Assembly: GCA_965215885.1 (NCBI GenBank)
Contig: CBDCEW010000025.1
Span: 1 to 38,278, forward strand
Source of the DNA: Candidatus Moanibacter sp.
Lineage (GTDB): Bacteria; Verrucomicrobiota; Verrucomicrobiia; Opitutales; UBA2987
DNA: 38,278 nt
Direction of reading: 5' to 3'
Shown here: piece by piece, positions 26,500-36,937 of the stretch
Layout of the letters: each line of letters begins with the position of its first letter
Numbering within the stretch: the stretch's first letter is position 1
Translations under genes and position numbers: made by a program
Notes under the pieces: model-generated
Database searches by the model: none
What the model was told of the DNA's origin: nothing
The model's input: only the letters and a program-made list of their open reading frames with translations

Positions 26500-28005
26500 T
26501 CACCTGAGCCGAATGGCGACGTAGCCGTAGGTGCCGCCGCGGTCGTGGACCCAGAGGTAATTGGCGCCGCGTTTGAGGAGGTTCTGGACATCGGAGAGGG
26601 AACGGACGGGAGACTTATTGACTTCGACGATGACCATACCCTCGCGCAAGGAACGCACATGGGGGGAGCGGGCCTCGACGGCGGTGACGGCGATCCCTTC
26701 GACGTCTACATCGATACCGAATTCCTCACGTGTCCGGGAATTCAATTTTTCAAGAGTAATGCCCTCGAGGATGGAATCGCTACTTCCCCCAGCGATTTGA
26801 GTGGGGTCGTCTTTGTCGCTGAGGGTTACTTCAAATTCCTGCTTCCTGCCTTCCCTCATGACGGTGAGTGTGACGGCAGTACCGGGAGGGGAGGAGCCGA
26901 TAAAAAACTGCAAATCGGAAACGCCGGCAATCTCCTTGTCACCGACCGCGAGGATGACGTCACCACGTCTGAGACCGGCGGTATGGGCGGGCAGGCCCTC
27001 GATTACATTCTGGATGAGGGCTCCCCTGGTATCCTCGAGTTCCATGGCCTCGGCAATATCCCTGTCCAAATCCTGGATATTGACGCCGAGGAGACCGCGC
27101 GGCACGGTGCCCGTCTGAATGAGGCTGAGCATAACGTTGCGCGCCAGTGTCACGGGGATGGCAAACCCGATGCCGATATTGCCGCCCGACCTTGAAATGA
27201 TGACAGTGTTAATACCGACGAGGCGCCCGTCCGCATCGACTAGTGGACCGCCCGAATTCCCGGGATTAATTGAGGCGTCGGTCTGGATAAAATTCTCAAA
27301 GCCCTCCTGACCGAGGAGGCCAAGATTGGTGCGTCCGGTAGCGGATACAATACCCATGGTAACTGTAAGCCCCACACCGAGAGGATTGCCCACGGCGAAA
27401 ACGATGTCACCAACCCTCAAGTTATCGCTGTCGGCCATAGGAAGGTGAGGGAGGTCCTCAGCGTCGACTTTGAGGACGGCGACATCCGTACGCTCGTCGC
27501 TACCCACAATCTCGGCCACAAACTCCCGCTGGTCGCTCAATTGCACGAGTATCTCGTCCGCCTTATTTCCGCGTTCATCCGTGATAACGTGATTGTTCGT
27601 GAGAATATAGCCATCCGCGGAAACGATGACACCGGACCCCAATCCCTGGGGAAGCTTTCGCTCTTCACCTTCGCTGTTACCCCCTTCCGGTAGGGGCAGG
27701 CCGTAGTAGCGCCTCAGCATCTCCTCGAGCGGATTGAGCCGGCGCCCGTCGATTACGCGCACGATACGGGATGGATAGACACCCACGACGGCGGGATTGA
27801 CGTCCGCCAGAACATCGGAGTAGCTCCCCACCCTCTCCGAATTCGATCGGTCGATCGGATTCGCATCGAGCGGAAAGTCCGGCGCGGCAACGCTCACTTC
27901 GGCGCGACCGGCCCGGATCGCTTTTTCCTCTTTCGCCAGCAGGGAGTGCAGCAGATAGCCACCCACCGGCACCAGTATAGCCAAAGCAATCAAATATTGT
28001 CTCAT
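26500..28005 (-). CDS. Do/DegP/DegQ family serine endoprotease with two PDZ domains
   Basis: GLGSGVIV, TNNHV, TDVAV, IQTDASINPGNSGGPL. Start set at ATG 28005 (GGGAG RBS). Confidence 0.95.
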   Translation of the reverse strand: MRQYLIALAILVPVGGYLLHSLLAKEEKAIRAGRAEVSVAAPDFPLDANPIDRSNSERVGSYSDVLADVNPAVVGVYPSRIVRVIDGRRLNPLEEMLRRYYGLPLPEGGNSEGEERKLPQGLGSGVIVSADGYILTNNHVITDERGNKADEILVQLSDQREFVAEIVGSDERTDVAVLKVDAEDLPHLPMADSDNLRVGDIVFAVGNPLGVGLTVTMGIVSATGRTNLGLLGQEGFENFIQTDASINPGNSGGPLVDADGRLVGINTVIISRSGGNIGIGFAIPVTLARNVMLSLIQTGTVPRGLLGVNIQDLDRDIAEAMELEDTRGALIQNVIEGLPAHTAGLRRGDVILAVGDKEIAGVSDLQFFIGSSPPGTAVTLTVMREGRKQEFEVTLSDKDDPTQIAGGSSDSILEGITLEKLNSRTREEFGIDVDVEGIAVTAVEARSPHVRSLREGMVIVEVNKSPVRSLSDVQNLLKRGANYLWVHDRGGTYGYVAIRLR

Positions 28006-28049
28006 ATTAGACTCCCTAGACATCACCATGAATGGGGGTGTTCCAACCC

Positions 28050-29000
28050 TCAAAAGGACTTCACCCGGAACAGACTAGTGATGCTCTCGTGATTTTTGAT
28101 ACGAAGAATCGCCTCACCGAAGAGCTCATAGATACTGAGGACGGTGATGGGCAAGTCGCGCGGTTCCACAGGAGTCGAATCGGTCGTAATGAGCTCATCG
28201 AGAGTCCCATTTCCGAGCCGTTCATAGGCGATATCGTTGAGGACGCCGTGGCTCACCGCGGCCCTCACGGTTTTTGCCCCGCGCTCCTTCAGGAGATTTG
28301 CCGCGGCAATGAGAGTGCCAGCCGTTACGGTAATGTCGTCGAGAATGAGAACGTCCTTCCCCTCCACTTCGCCGACCAGCCCGATCGCTTCTACTTTTGT
28401 CGGGTCTTCGGTGCGCTGCTTGGCGACAAATCCGAGGCCGCATTCGAGAAACTTGGCGTAAGCCGCCGTCATCTTGATTCCCCCCTCATCGGGAGAAAAG
28501 CAGACCAGGTTGGGCGACTTGAATTTCCGCAGGTAATCATAAAAAACGGGCGAGGCGTAGAGATGATCAACCGGAATGTCGAAAAACCCCTGAATCTGTT
28601 GCGCATGCAGGTCCATCGTAAGGACGCGATCCGCCCCGGCTGTGGTCAACAGGTTGGCGACAAGCTTTGACGTAATCGGAACGCGCGGCTGGTCTTTGCG
28701 ATCCTGGCGCGAGTAGCCGTAGAATGGCATCACAGCCGTGATTCTCTGAGCGGAAGCGCGCCGGGCCGCGTCGATCATGATGAGCAATTCCATGATGTGC
28801 TCATTGGCGGGCGGGCAAGTAGACTGGACGATAAAGACGTCCATCCCGCGGATATTCTCTTCGATTCGCACGAAAGTCTCCCCATCAGGGAAATTATCGA
28901 TTGTAATCGCGCCCAGACGCGTGCCGACGAAATCACAAATCGACTTAGCGAGAACCGGGTTTGAACGCCCGGAAAATATGCGCAGCTCACCTACCTGCAT
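28050..29000 (-). CDS. prs: Ribose-phosphate pyrophosphokinase
   Basis: FPDGE, YSRQDRK, DLHAQQIQGFF, ILDDITVTAGTL. Confidence 0.97.
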   Translation of the reverse strand: MQVGELRIFSGRSNPVLAKSICDFVGTRLGAITIDNFPDGETFVRIEENIRGMDVFIVQSTCPPANEHIMELLIMIDAARRASAQRITAVMPFYGYSRQDRKDQPRVPITSKLVANLLTTAGADRVLTMDLHAQQIQGFFDIPVDHLYASPVFYDYLRKFKSPNLVCFSPDEGGIKMTAAYAKFLECGLGFVAKQRTEDPTKVEAIGLVGEVEGKDVLILDDITVTAGTLIAAANLLKERGAKTVRAAVSHGVLNDIAYERLGNGTLDELITTDSTPVEPRDLPITVLSIYELFGEAILRIKNHESITSLFRVKSF

Positions 29001-29136
29001 CGTGCTGGCGTATTAACGGTTCTTTCCCCTGTATTGCAACTCCTAAGTGGGCCCCAACGCCGAGTGGGCAGGAATCAGTGTGACCTTCCCGCGCTCTGCC
29101 TGTCTTCGATGAACCGGTCCGTGTCGAATCACCGAG

Positions 29137-29210
29137 AGGGTAGGAAGCTCGCTTGCGAGCGATTTGGGACATCGGTCTTTCTATTCGCGCGCAAGCGCGC
29201 TTCCTACCCT
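29137..29210. repeat. REP doublet (REPIN-like), GTAG type
   Basis: AGGGTAGGAAGCTCGCTTGCGAGCGA ... TCGCGCGCAAGCGCGCTTCCTACCCT in inverted orientation. Confidence 0.85.
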
Positions 29211-29265
29211 GTCAGTCGTCTGGGATCCGAAGCGCTCCCGCTACGGGGAGGCTGATTACTCCGCA

Positions 29266-29309
29266 CGCCCCACTTACACTCTCACTCTCCACTCTCACTC
29301 TCTCCCCGC
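29266..29309. repeat. 44-bp ACTCTC-rich sequence, exactly duplicated at 29587-29630
   Basis: CGCCCCACTTACACTCTCACTCTCCACTCTCACTCTCTCCCCGC occurs at both positions. Confidence 0.9.
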
Positions 29310-30404
29310 TCACTCTCACACTCCCCCTCACTCTCCGCCATCTGCTCCTCAATGTCGCTGATGCGCTTGAAGAGTTCGGGCAGTCGCCGCTGGAGGATCT
29401 CAACGCGTTGCGCTTCCATGAGGGGGTAGGCAGGGGTTCCTCGGATCTTACTGCCAGCCGGAATATCGTGATTAACTCCCGCCTGGGCACCCAGCATGCT
29501 TCCTTCGCCAATCTTTATATGGCCCACCATGCCGACCTGACCTCCCACAACGACGTAGTCTTCCAGGGTGGTGCTGCCCGAGATACCGCCCCACTTACAC
29601 TCTCACTCTCCACTCTCACTCTCTCCCCGCCTGGGCCACAATGAGACAGTGTTCACCAATCGAAACATTGTGAGCGATTTGCACAAGATTATCGATCTTC
29701 GTACCCCGGCCGATGCGGGTGACTCCGAATCGAGCCCGATCGATCGTGCTGTTTGCTCCCACGTCGACGTCGTCCTCGATGACAACGCTACCGATCTGGG
29801 GCAGCTGGTGATGGGTGCCATCGACGTTTTCGTAGCCGTAGCCCTGCGATCCAACTACCACTCCCGGCAGCAGACGAACCCGATCACCGAGGTGGCAATC
29901 AGCTCCGAGGTAGACGCCGGGGAACAACCGGCAATCCGATCCCACAGAGGAATCCGAACCGATATAGACTTGCGACTCCAAAACGGAATACTTGCCTATC
30001 GAAACACCACAACCGAGAACGCAGAGAGGACCGACATGCGCCGTTGGATCGATTTCAGCACCCCGTTCAACGATGGCGCTGGAGTGAACGCCGGGATCCG
30101 GCATGGGCCAGAGATTCTTCTCGATTCGCTCACAGATGAGGGCCAGGGAAAGGGAGGGATTCTTGACATAGAGATAAACCTGGTTGGGTCGAGGCGATCC
30201 CTCGAAATCCTCCGGTAACAAGATGAGAGAAGCGTGGCAACCCCTAACCAGTTTTCGATATTTGCTGTTGCCGAGAAAGGATAGTTCACCCGGCACTGCG
30301 GCCTCGAGTGAAGCGATTCCGCTTACGGTGGCATCGGTAGCGCCTTCACATCGCCCCTCCCCGAGGATCTGAAGAATCTCCTCAAGGGTGTAACGAATCT
30401 CCAT
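29282..30404 (-). CDS. lpxD: UDP-3-O-acylglucosamine N-acyltransferase LpxD, frameshifted by a 40-bp insertion (29588-29627)
   Basis: Hexapeptide repeats and GANSTIDRA...[12 protein letters not shown]. Removing the insertion restores [24 protein letters not shown] and a 360-aa ORF. Confidence 0.9.
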
Positions 30405-30422
30405 GGAGCGCGCGAAACCGTT

Positions 30423-30998
30423 TCACTCCTCTTCCGGGGCGTCAGCATTTATTTTCTCGAGCACTTCATCCGTGATGTCCCATTTTGGATCGGAGTAAAG
30501 AATCACCGGAACACCCACCGCGGTAATTCCCGATGAATCCAAAACGAAGTTGCGCCCGTTTTCATCCGCTACTTCAAGCGCAACCTTCTTGATCTCATCC
30601 ATAAAAAGATCGCGATAGGTGCGCTGCCTCTGCTGCAATGAACGCTGCGTAGCGAGCTGAAACTGCTGCACTTCTTGCTCTTTTTCGCGAATTCCCTGAA
30701 GAACCCCGTCCGCGTCGGTGGCCGCCTTGGTCTGCGCCTCCTCGGTGAGAGCGGGATTCTTGGAGCGTTCCAATACTTCCTTGTATTCGTCCACCAAATC
30801 CTGCCCCTGTTTAACGAGGTCCTCCGCTTCTACCTTGGCCTTTTCCACGCTCTCCTGGAGCTTATTATTTGCCTCCTTCGTTTTGTAGTACTCATTGTAG
30901 AGTCTCGTCATATCGACAGTGGCGAGGGCGATTTCCTGAGCCGGAAGGGAAAGGGCCGTGGCGAGGACGGAGGTGAATATAATCGTTAGCGATTTCAT
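30423..30998 (-). CDS. skp: OmpH/Skp periplasmic chaperone
   Basis: Signal peptide, ATVDM, coiled coil, VILY...DITDEVL; lies between bamA and lpxD. Confidence 0.92.
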   Translation of the reverse strand: MKSLTIIFTSVLATALSLPAQEIALATVDMTRLYNEYYKTKEANNKLQESVEKAKVEAEDLVKQGQDLVDEYKEVLERSKNPALTEEAQTKAATDADGVLQGIREKEQEVQQFQLATQRSLQQRQRTYRDLFMDEIKKVALEVADENGRNFVLDSSGITAVGVPVILYSDPKWDITDEVLEKINADAPEEE

Positions 30999-31072
30999 GT
31001 CATCAGATAGTTGCTTAAGGTATGGACGATAGATTGATCAGCCGGGAGCCGTAAAGGCCTAACACGCTCCCA

Positions 31073-33421
31073 TCAAAAGCGTGATCCAAAACTGAAATTA
31101 AACTGATTTCCCTTATCATTAAATTCGTCCGACGTAATGGGTATGCCAAGATCCAGACGCATGGGATTATTGAGAACCATAATTCTTACGCCCACTCCCC
31201 AATTTGAATTTGCTCTGCCTATATTAAAATTTTCGCTTCTGGAGTTTACGAACCCCCAATCGTAGAAAATCGCCAATCTTAGAGGTTCCGCCACTTCAAA
31301 GGTATACTCGACACTGGCAAATCCGTAAGAGTTCCCTCCCAATGGATCCTCCGATCCAGGATCCTTCGGTCCCACGTCGCGAAACTCAAAACCCCGCAAG
31401 TCATTAGGGCCGCCCAGGAAGAAACGATCGAAGAAGGGAACAGCCCTATCGCCCGTTTCGTATAAAGTGCCCATCCTTGCGAGGATTGCGACGCTCTGGT
31501 TGGCAAAACGAAGAGTAGGTATATAGCGCGCATAACGCGTCTCGAATTTAATATACTCGGTATCGCCCCCAAGTCCGGCAAATTCCGTGTAGAAAAGCAA
31601 ACGGCTGCCCCGGGTAGTGTAGATGAGGTTATTACGGGTATCCCGCAAGAGGCTGAAACCGACTTTTGAGACTGTCCGGGTGCCGAGTTCCCTGAGGATT
31701 ATCTCCGGAGCGATTTGCGTGTTCACGTCATAGATATCAACAACCTCGTAGCGATAGGATATAGTACCGTCCCAAAGCCGGAAAAGCCGCTTTCGAAAGG
31801 AGACCTCGAAACCCGAGCGCCGTTCATTAAAGAGAGAGGAATTAAACTCCGACTCCTCGCGAAAGAGCTGGAAGCTAAATGCGAGTCTCTTCTCAAAGAG
31901 CCAGGGTTCCTCAAAGGCGAGGACAAAGCTACTGGAACGCGACCCAATGGAGAAACGCAGCCTGAATTTCTGCCCGTCACCCTGGAAAAAGGAACGCCAG
32001 TTGAAGAGATCAAAATTCCCTTGGGAAAACTCGGCGAAGAAGACGCCGCCCTGCACGGAACCGAAACCGGCCCCAAACTGAAACTGGCCGGTGCGGCCTT
32101 CCGAAACCGTTATCTTGAGGTTGCGCCGTCCCGGAATATTGGTGCTCTCGGGGCTCAGGTTTACCTCTTCGAAAAATCGCGTGTTCTCGAGGCGGGCCTG
32201 ACTGTTTTTCATGCGCACCATATTGAATACATCTCCCGGCTCCAGCGCCAGCTCGCGGAGAATGACAACACTACGGGTCTTGGTGTTTCCCTCGATGTTG
32301 ATGGACTCGACATACACCCGCTCTCCCTCCTCGATCTTGTATACCAGATCGATATCGCCGGTCGCGATGTTGGGATTGCGCTCCGGGCGCACGTATGTGT
32401 CGAGGTAGCCGATCAAACCATAAAAATCCGTCAATCCTTCTCGATCTTCATCGAGCTTGGAAGGCGAAAAGACGTCGCCGGGCCGAAGTCGTAATACGAT
32501 TTTCAACTGCTCCGATGTAAAAAGCTTATTTCCGACTACGCTGACTTCGCCGACGTGGCACTGCCCGCCTTCATTGAGGTTTATGGTAATGGCGATGGAT
32601 TTTTTCGCCGGGTAGTCCAGGGTGATATCGGACTCGTCGATCTTAATATCGAGGTATCCCTCATCTTTATAGAATTCGCGCAGCTTGTCCAAGTCTTCCT
32701 GAAAAGTCACTTCGTTGAACTTGCTACCGCCGGTCAAGATGGACATGAAGTTGTGCTTCTTCGTCTTCATCTTCTTCCTCAGCTTGCGCGATTTGATGGT
32801 ATCGTTGCCCACAAAGGTAATGGAACGGATTTTTCTCTTACCACCCTCATCGATGTAAAAGACGATACTACCGAAGCCGGTCACGGGATCCCGATCGATT
32901 TCGTAGTCTACGTCTATGTTCGTAAAGCCCTTGTCCAGATAATACTCATAAATGGCGTCGCGATCTTTGTCCACGATACGCTCATCGAGAACCCCGCCCT
33001 GCCTGGATTCAATCTTTTCAGACAGCTTGCGACCTTTGAGCTTCTTGTTTCCGCTTATGAAAATCTGACTGATACGATATTTGGCCCGAACATCAAAGAC
33101 GAGCCGGACCTTTTCTTCATCAATCGGCTCAGTTCTCGCTTCGACATTCTCGAATAGACCGGTGGCGTAGAGCGAACGGATCGAACGGTCGACCAGATTC
33201 TGATCGAAATCCATACCCTCCCGAATCTGCACATGCACGAGGACCGCATCATCGCTGATGTTGCGAAGTCCCGTAAAAACGATCACCACTTCGTCGACGA
33301 CGGGCACTTCGGAATCCTGGCCGAATAGATTGCCCCCGCCAAATAATCCAAGCAGGGCCGCGATCACCGAAGTGACGCAACGGGTAGAGCATTTAAAACG
33401 TTTGGCTGGTATAGTTTTCAA
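31073..33421 (-). CDS. bamA: Outer membrane protein assembly factor BamA
   Basis: POTRA repeats (GN.KT...VILRE), FFLGG...LRGF, C-terminal FNFSFGSRF. Confidence 0.96.
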   Translation of the reverse strand: MKTIPAKRFKCSTRCVTSVIAALLGLFGGGNLFGQDSEVPVVDEVVIVFTGLRNISDDAVLVHVQIREGMDFDQNLVDRSIRSLYATGLFENVEARTEPIDEEKVRLVFDVRAKYRISQIFISGNKKLKGRKLSEKIESRQGGVLDERIVDKDRDAIYEYYLDKGFTNIDVDYEIDRDPVTGFGSIVFYIDEGGKRKIRSITFVGNDTIKSRKLRKKMKTKKHNFMSILTGGSKFNEVTFQEDLDKLREFYKDEGYLDIKIDESDITLDYPAKKSIAITINLNEGGQCHVGEVSVVGNKLFTSEQLKIVLRLRPGDVFSPSKLDEDREGLTDFYGLIGYLDTYVRPERNPNIATGDIDLVYKIEEGERVYVESINIEGNTKTRSVVILRELALEPGDVFNMVRMKNSQARLENTRFFEEVNLSPESTNIPGRRNLKITVSEGRTGQFQFGAGFGSVQGGVFFAEFSQGNFDLFNWRSFFQGDGQKFRLRFSIGSRSSSFVLAFEEPWLFEKRLAFSFQLFREESEFNSSLFNERRSGFEVSFRKRLFRLWDGTISYRYEVVDIYDVNTQIAPEIILRELGTRTVSKVGFSLLRDTRNNLIYTTRGSRLLFYTEFAGLGGDTEYIKFETRYARYIPTLRFANQSVAILARMGTLYETGDRAVPFFDRFFLGGPNDLRGFEFRDVGPKDPGSEDPLGGNSYGFASVEYTFEVAEPLRLAIFYDWGFVNSRSENFNIGRANSNWGVGVRIMVLNNPMRLDLGIPITSDEFNDKGNQFNFSFGSRF

Positions 33422-34874
33422 ACCGGGTCAATTCCGGGATAAATGTTAACCGGATATCTCCTATTGGCCCATTGCGCTGTTTGGCAATAACTAATTCCAG
33501 CTGCTTGGCCGTCCCCGAAGCATCCTCTTCCTCCTGGTCATCACGGCGCCACAGCGAGAGCAGCATCACCACGTCCGCATCCTGTTCGATTGATCCGGAC
33601 TCGCGCAGATCTGAGAGGCGCGGCTTTCGTCTCTCTCTCTCAGAGTCCCGATTAAGCTGGCTCAAGACGAGAATCGGCACGTTCAATTCCTTGGCCATCG
33701 CCTTCACGCCTCGCGACATTTCGGAAATCTGTTGTTCCCGGCTGACCCGGCTGTCCGTTCCCGACAGGAGTTGCAGATAGTCGACTATGACTAAGCCTAA
33801 ATTCTCTCGTAGCGCCATTCTCCGCGCCTTCGCCCGCATCTCCAGGATTGTGAGGTGCGCGGAATCATCGATCCACAGCGGCGCGTCCTTAAGCTCTTTA
33901 GCGGTCTCGGCAAGCGCCTGTTGCGAGCCTTTCGGTGCAAATCCATCCTTGATCTTGGACATGTTAACACGCGCCCGACTGCAGAGGAGTCGAAAGGCGA
34001 GCTGCTCTGCGCTCATCTCCAGGCTGAAAACGAGGGTCGATACGGGATCCCGTGATCCGCCAGGAGGCAATATGGAAGTTTCCGCGATATTCATTGCCAG
34101 AGAGGTCTTTCCGAGAGAGGGGCGCGAGGCCAAAACGATCATTTCCTGGGCATGCAGCCCGAAAGTCAGCCGGTCAAGATCGATGAATCCGGTGGCAACC
34201 CCGGTTAGTTCTCCCTTCCGTTGGAGCAGATTGTGCACCAGTTTAACGGCTGATTCCATCGATCGGCGGATCGGCATCGCGGTGTCCGAAACGCGGTCCT
34301 GACTGATCTTGAAAACATCCTGCTCGGCCTCTTCAAGAAGCTCGTCGAGCCCATCCTCGCTGTGATAACACCTATCCACAATTTCCGTCGAGGTCTTGAT
34401 GAGCCGACGTAGAAGACATTTCTCCCTCACGATCTCGAGCCAGTAACGCGCATGGGCGGTCGTCTCTATTCGATTCGTGAGGTGAGTTATCGCTCCATAA
34501 CCCCCGATCTCTTCCAGTTGTCCCTTTCTTTGCAATTTATCGGTCAGGATAATCTCATCGACTACCGATCCCTCATCGCAGAGTTCCATAAGGGCCTCGA
34601 ATATCTGTTGGTGAGCCGGCTTTAAGAAGTAGTCGGGTTGGATCTTAGACTCAAGACAGAGGGCTAGAATCTCCTGACCGCCGTCCATAATGCAACATGC
34701 CAAGAGCCCTTCCTCGGCATCCAGATTGGCAGGAAGGACCCGTTCGCGGGTTACGTTTGCTGTGTATCCGGAATTGCGTTCACTACCCGCCGAAACATTG
34801 GAAGGGTGTTCCGCGACTGTCCTCGTTCCTCGCTTGGCGGGCATCTTGGTTTTTGCTCCCAGCGAGCGGTTCAA
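33393..34874 (-). CDS. dnaB: Replicative DNA helicase
   Basis: ASRPSLGKT, IVDYLQL, LSQLNR, DLRESGSIEQDAD, AKQRNGP. Confidence 0.97.
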   Translation of the reverse strand: MNRSLGAKTKMPAKRGTRTVAEHPSNVSAGSERNSGYTANVTRERVLPANLDAEEGLLACCIMDGGQEILALCLESKIQPDYFLKPAHQQIFEALMELCDEGSVVDEIILTDKLQRKGQLEEIGGYGAITHLTNRIETTAHARYWLEIVREKCLLRRLIKTSTEIVDRCYHSEDGLDELLEEAEQDVFKISQDRVSDTAMPIRRSMESAVKLVHNLLQRKGELTGVATGFIDLDRLTFGLHAQEMIVLASRPSLGKTSLAMNIAETSILPPGGSRDPVSTLVFSLEMSAEQLAFRLLCSRARVNMSKIKDGFAPKGSQQALAETAKELKDAPLWIDDSAHLTILEMRAKARRMALRENLGLVIVDYLQLLSGTDSRVSREQQISEMSRGVKAMAKELNVPILVLSQLNRDSERERRKPRLSDLRESGSIEQDADVVMLLSLWRRDDQEEEDASGTAKQLELVIAKQRNGPIGDIRLTFIPELTRFENYTSQTF

Positions 34875-35347
34875 GATCCCTCTTCTTCAATCGGGTTTTC
34901 CGAAACGACTTCGAATTCGATATCCACACTGACCTCGGGATGCAGTTTTATCCGCGTTTCGTGTCTACCCAAACTTTTTACCGGCGTATGGAGCATGATT
35001 CTCTTGCGCTCGACCTCAATTCCCTCCTCGGCAAACCGCTCTTTAAGATCGTTGGCGGATACCGATCCGTAGAGCTTCCCTCCGGGTCCCGTCTTAACTG
35101 GAATCGCGATGTGCAGCCTACGCAGTCTCCCCACCATCTCCTCAGCCGTGGAAAGCTCGCGCGCGAGGCGCTGTTCCCGCGCCTTCAGGAGAGCCTCCAT
35201 TTGTTTGCGGTTAGCTTCCGTCAGGGGCACAGCAAGTTTCTTTCGCAACAGGTAGTTACGAGCGTAGCCGGCCCGTACGTTGACCTGTTCGCCTTCATTA
35301 CCGAGCCCTTCTACGGGTTTTAAGAGCAACACTTCCTTCCTGGCCAT
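34871..35347 (-). CDS. rplI: 50S ribosomal protein L9
   Basis: LG..G..V.VRAGYARNYL, KLYGSV. Confidence 0.97.
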   Translation of the reverse strand: MARKEVLLLKPVEGLGNEGEQVNVRAGYARNYLLRKKLAVPLTEANRKQMEALLKAREQRLARELSTAEEMVGRLRRLHIAIPVKTGPGGKLYGSVSANDLKERFAEEGIEVERKRIMLHTPVKSLGRHETRIKLHPEVSVDIEFEVVSENPIEEEGS

Positions 35348-35460
35348 GGCGATTTATCTGTTAAGAGTTCTAGTGTCGTGTCCTGTCAAAAATCTCACCC
35401 TGATCAGCCGGATGGGTGCGCCATTCAGGGGCAGCCTCACGATCGTAGTCCGACCGGCTC

Positions 35461-35925
35461 TTAGAAAGGAACGTCATCGTCATTATCGTCATCATTTTCT
35501 TCTCCATCGTCCTTTTGCGGAGCCGGGCTTCTCGGCGGCGGAGCTGCCTCCTCGTACTTCGTCGCACTAGCTTCGGGCGCCCGTTCGTCGCTGGGTCGGG
35601 GACCGACAAATCGAAACGTCTCGAGCACCACATTGTGTTTGCTCCGCTTTTCTCCGGTTTGAGTCTCCCACTGATCGAATCGCAGTCTGCCCTCTACCAG
35701 GATCGGCCGGCCTTTCGTCATGTATTTCGCGATCACCTCCGCCTGCCGGCCAAACACATCGACATCAACAAAGGTCGTCTCTTCGCGCTGGGTGCCGTCT
35801 TGCGTGGTATAGGTCCTCGAAGTAGCCAGTCCGAATTTGCAAATTGATGTACCATTAGGCGTCACCCGCAATTCCGGATCACGCGTCAAATTTCCCATCA
35901 GGATGATTTTGTTAAAAGAGGCCAT
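35461..35925 (-). CDS. ssb: Single-stranded DNA-binding protein
   Basis: NKIILMGNLTRDPELR, VEGRL, acidic tail DDDVPF. Confidence 0.97.
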   Translation of the reverse strand: MASFNKIILMGNLTRDPELRVTPNGTSICKFGLATSRTYTTQDGTQREETTFVDVDVFGRQAEVIAKYMTKGRPILVEGRLRFDQWETQTGEKRSKHNVVLETFRFVGPRPSDERAPEASATKYEEAAPPPRSPAPQKDDGEENDDDNDDDVPF

Positions 35926-35945
35926 TGAAACACTCGCTGTAGCTT

Positions 35946-36263
35946 CTATTTCATCGATTCGACATAGACTCGCTTAACCGATCTGTTTAGGCGAAGCTTC
36001 TCCCGCAGTTGAGCGGGTGCTTCAGGCGGCGCCTCGATTTCCAATTGGATGTAGTGGTCTCCCGAATGATTCGCATCCGTTAATCGGACAAAATCCTTGC
36101 GTCCCAGGTTTTCCGCCTTCTCCACTTCTCCACCCAGTTCCGCCACAGATTTTGAGAGGATCTCAATTTGCGATTCAACAGGTGTCTCCAATCCCCGCGT
36201 ATCCAGGATAAAATATGCCCTGTACTTTCGTTTTGCCTCAATTTGATCGCTCAATGTCTTCAA
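35946..36263 (-). CDS. rpsF: 30S ribosomal protein S6
   Basis: Y.AYFILD, GGEV....LGRK, G.Y, LRLN..V.R; positioned before ssb. Start codon uncertain. Confidence 0.88.
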   Translation of the reverse strand: MKTLSDQIEAKRKYRAYFILDTRGLETPVESQIEILSKSVAELGGEVEKAENLGRKDFVRLTDANHSGDHYIQLEIEAPPEAPAQLREKLRLNRSVKRVYVESMK

Positions 36264-36849
36264 CTTCCTCTTTGCTGTTTTTTCGCCTGTTCATTTGATT
36301 CATGGCCAGGACCGGTCCTCTGTCAACCAGTAGGTGGAGTCCTGCCAGATATTCGGGCATTTTTTTATTCACAACGGATTGTTCATAGCGTGTGAATTTC
36401 CCCAGGACGAAGTCCTTAATTCCGATTTCGTTCGGACTCTTAGGTCCGATTCCGAGACGGAATCGCACGAAGCCTTCGCCTACATTCCGTAATACACTCT
36501 CGACGCCGTTATGTCCACCCGGGCTCCCCCCAAGCGAGATCTTTACCTGACCCAATTCAATATTGACTTCATCATATATCACGGCGAGCTGCTCAGCCGA
36601 GAACCGGTAGTAATCACAGAAGAGATGGAGACTCCGGCCGCTTTCATTCATAAAAGTCTGCGGCTTAATGACAGTTACTTCGGCGCCCCCAATTCTTATT
36701 CTAGCCAGTCGCGCTTGAAAGCGCTCTTCTCTGCGCCAAGCCCCTTTCAGATCCTTCGCTAAAGCATCCACTACCCGGAAACCGAGATTGTGTCGGGTCT
36801 TTCGATAGCGAAGCCCGGGGTTTCCAAGTCCTGCAATCGCACTGATCAT
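36238..36849 (-). CDS. pth: Peptidyl-tRNA hydrolase
   Basis: GLGNPG..Y..TRHNLGF, KPQTFMNESG, GGHNG, RLGIG. Confidence 0.97.
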   Translation of the reverse strand: MISAIAGLGNPGLRYRKTRHNLGFRVVDALAKDLKGAWRREERFQARLARIRIGGAEVTVIKPQTFMNESGRSLHLFCDYYRFSAEQLAVIYDEVNIELGQVKISLGGSPGGHNGVESVLRNVGEGFVRFRLGIGPKSPNEIGIKDFVLGKFTRYEQSVVNKKMPEYLAGLHLLVDRGPVLAMNQMNRRKNSKEEVEDIERSN

Positions 36850-36937
36850 AGGAAGCCTGAATTGAGCCCTTAAAATCACTCGCTCCACCAGCCGGGCCGG
36901 GCAAATTTACAGAAGGGCACAGAAGATATTGAAGGGC

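Noticed and set aside
20743..33157. Long antisense ORFs (e.g. 20743-21666, 26545-27195, 28032-28670, 31715-32494, 32555-33157)
   Set aside because: They lie opposite well-supported genes and have no motifs; typical shadow ORFs.
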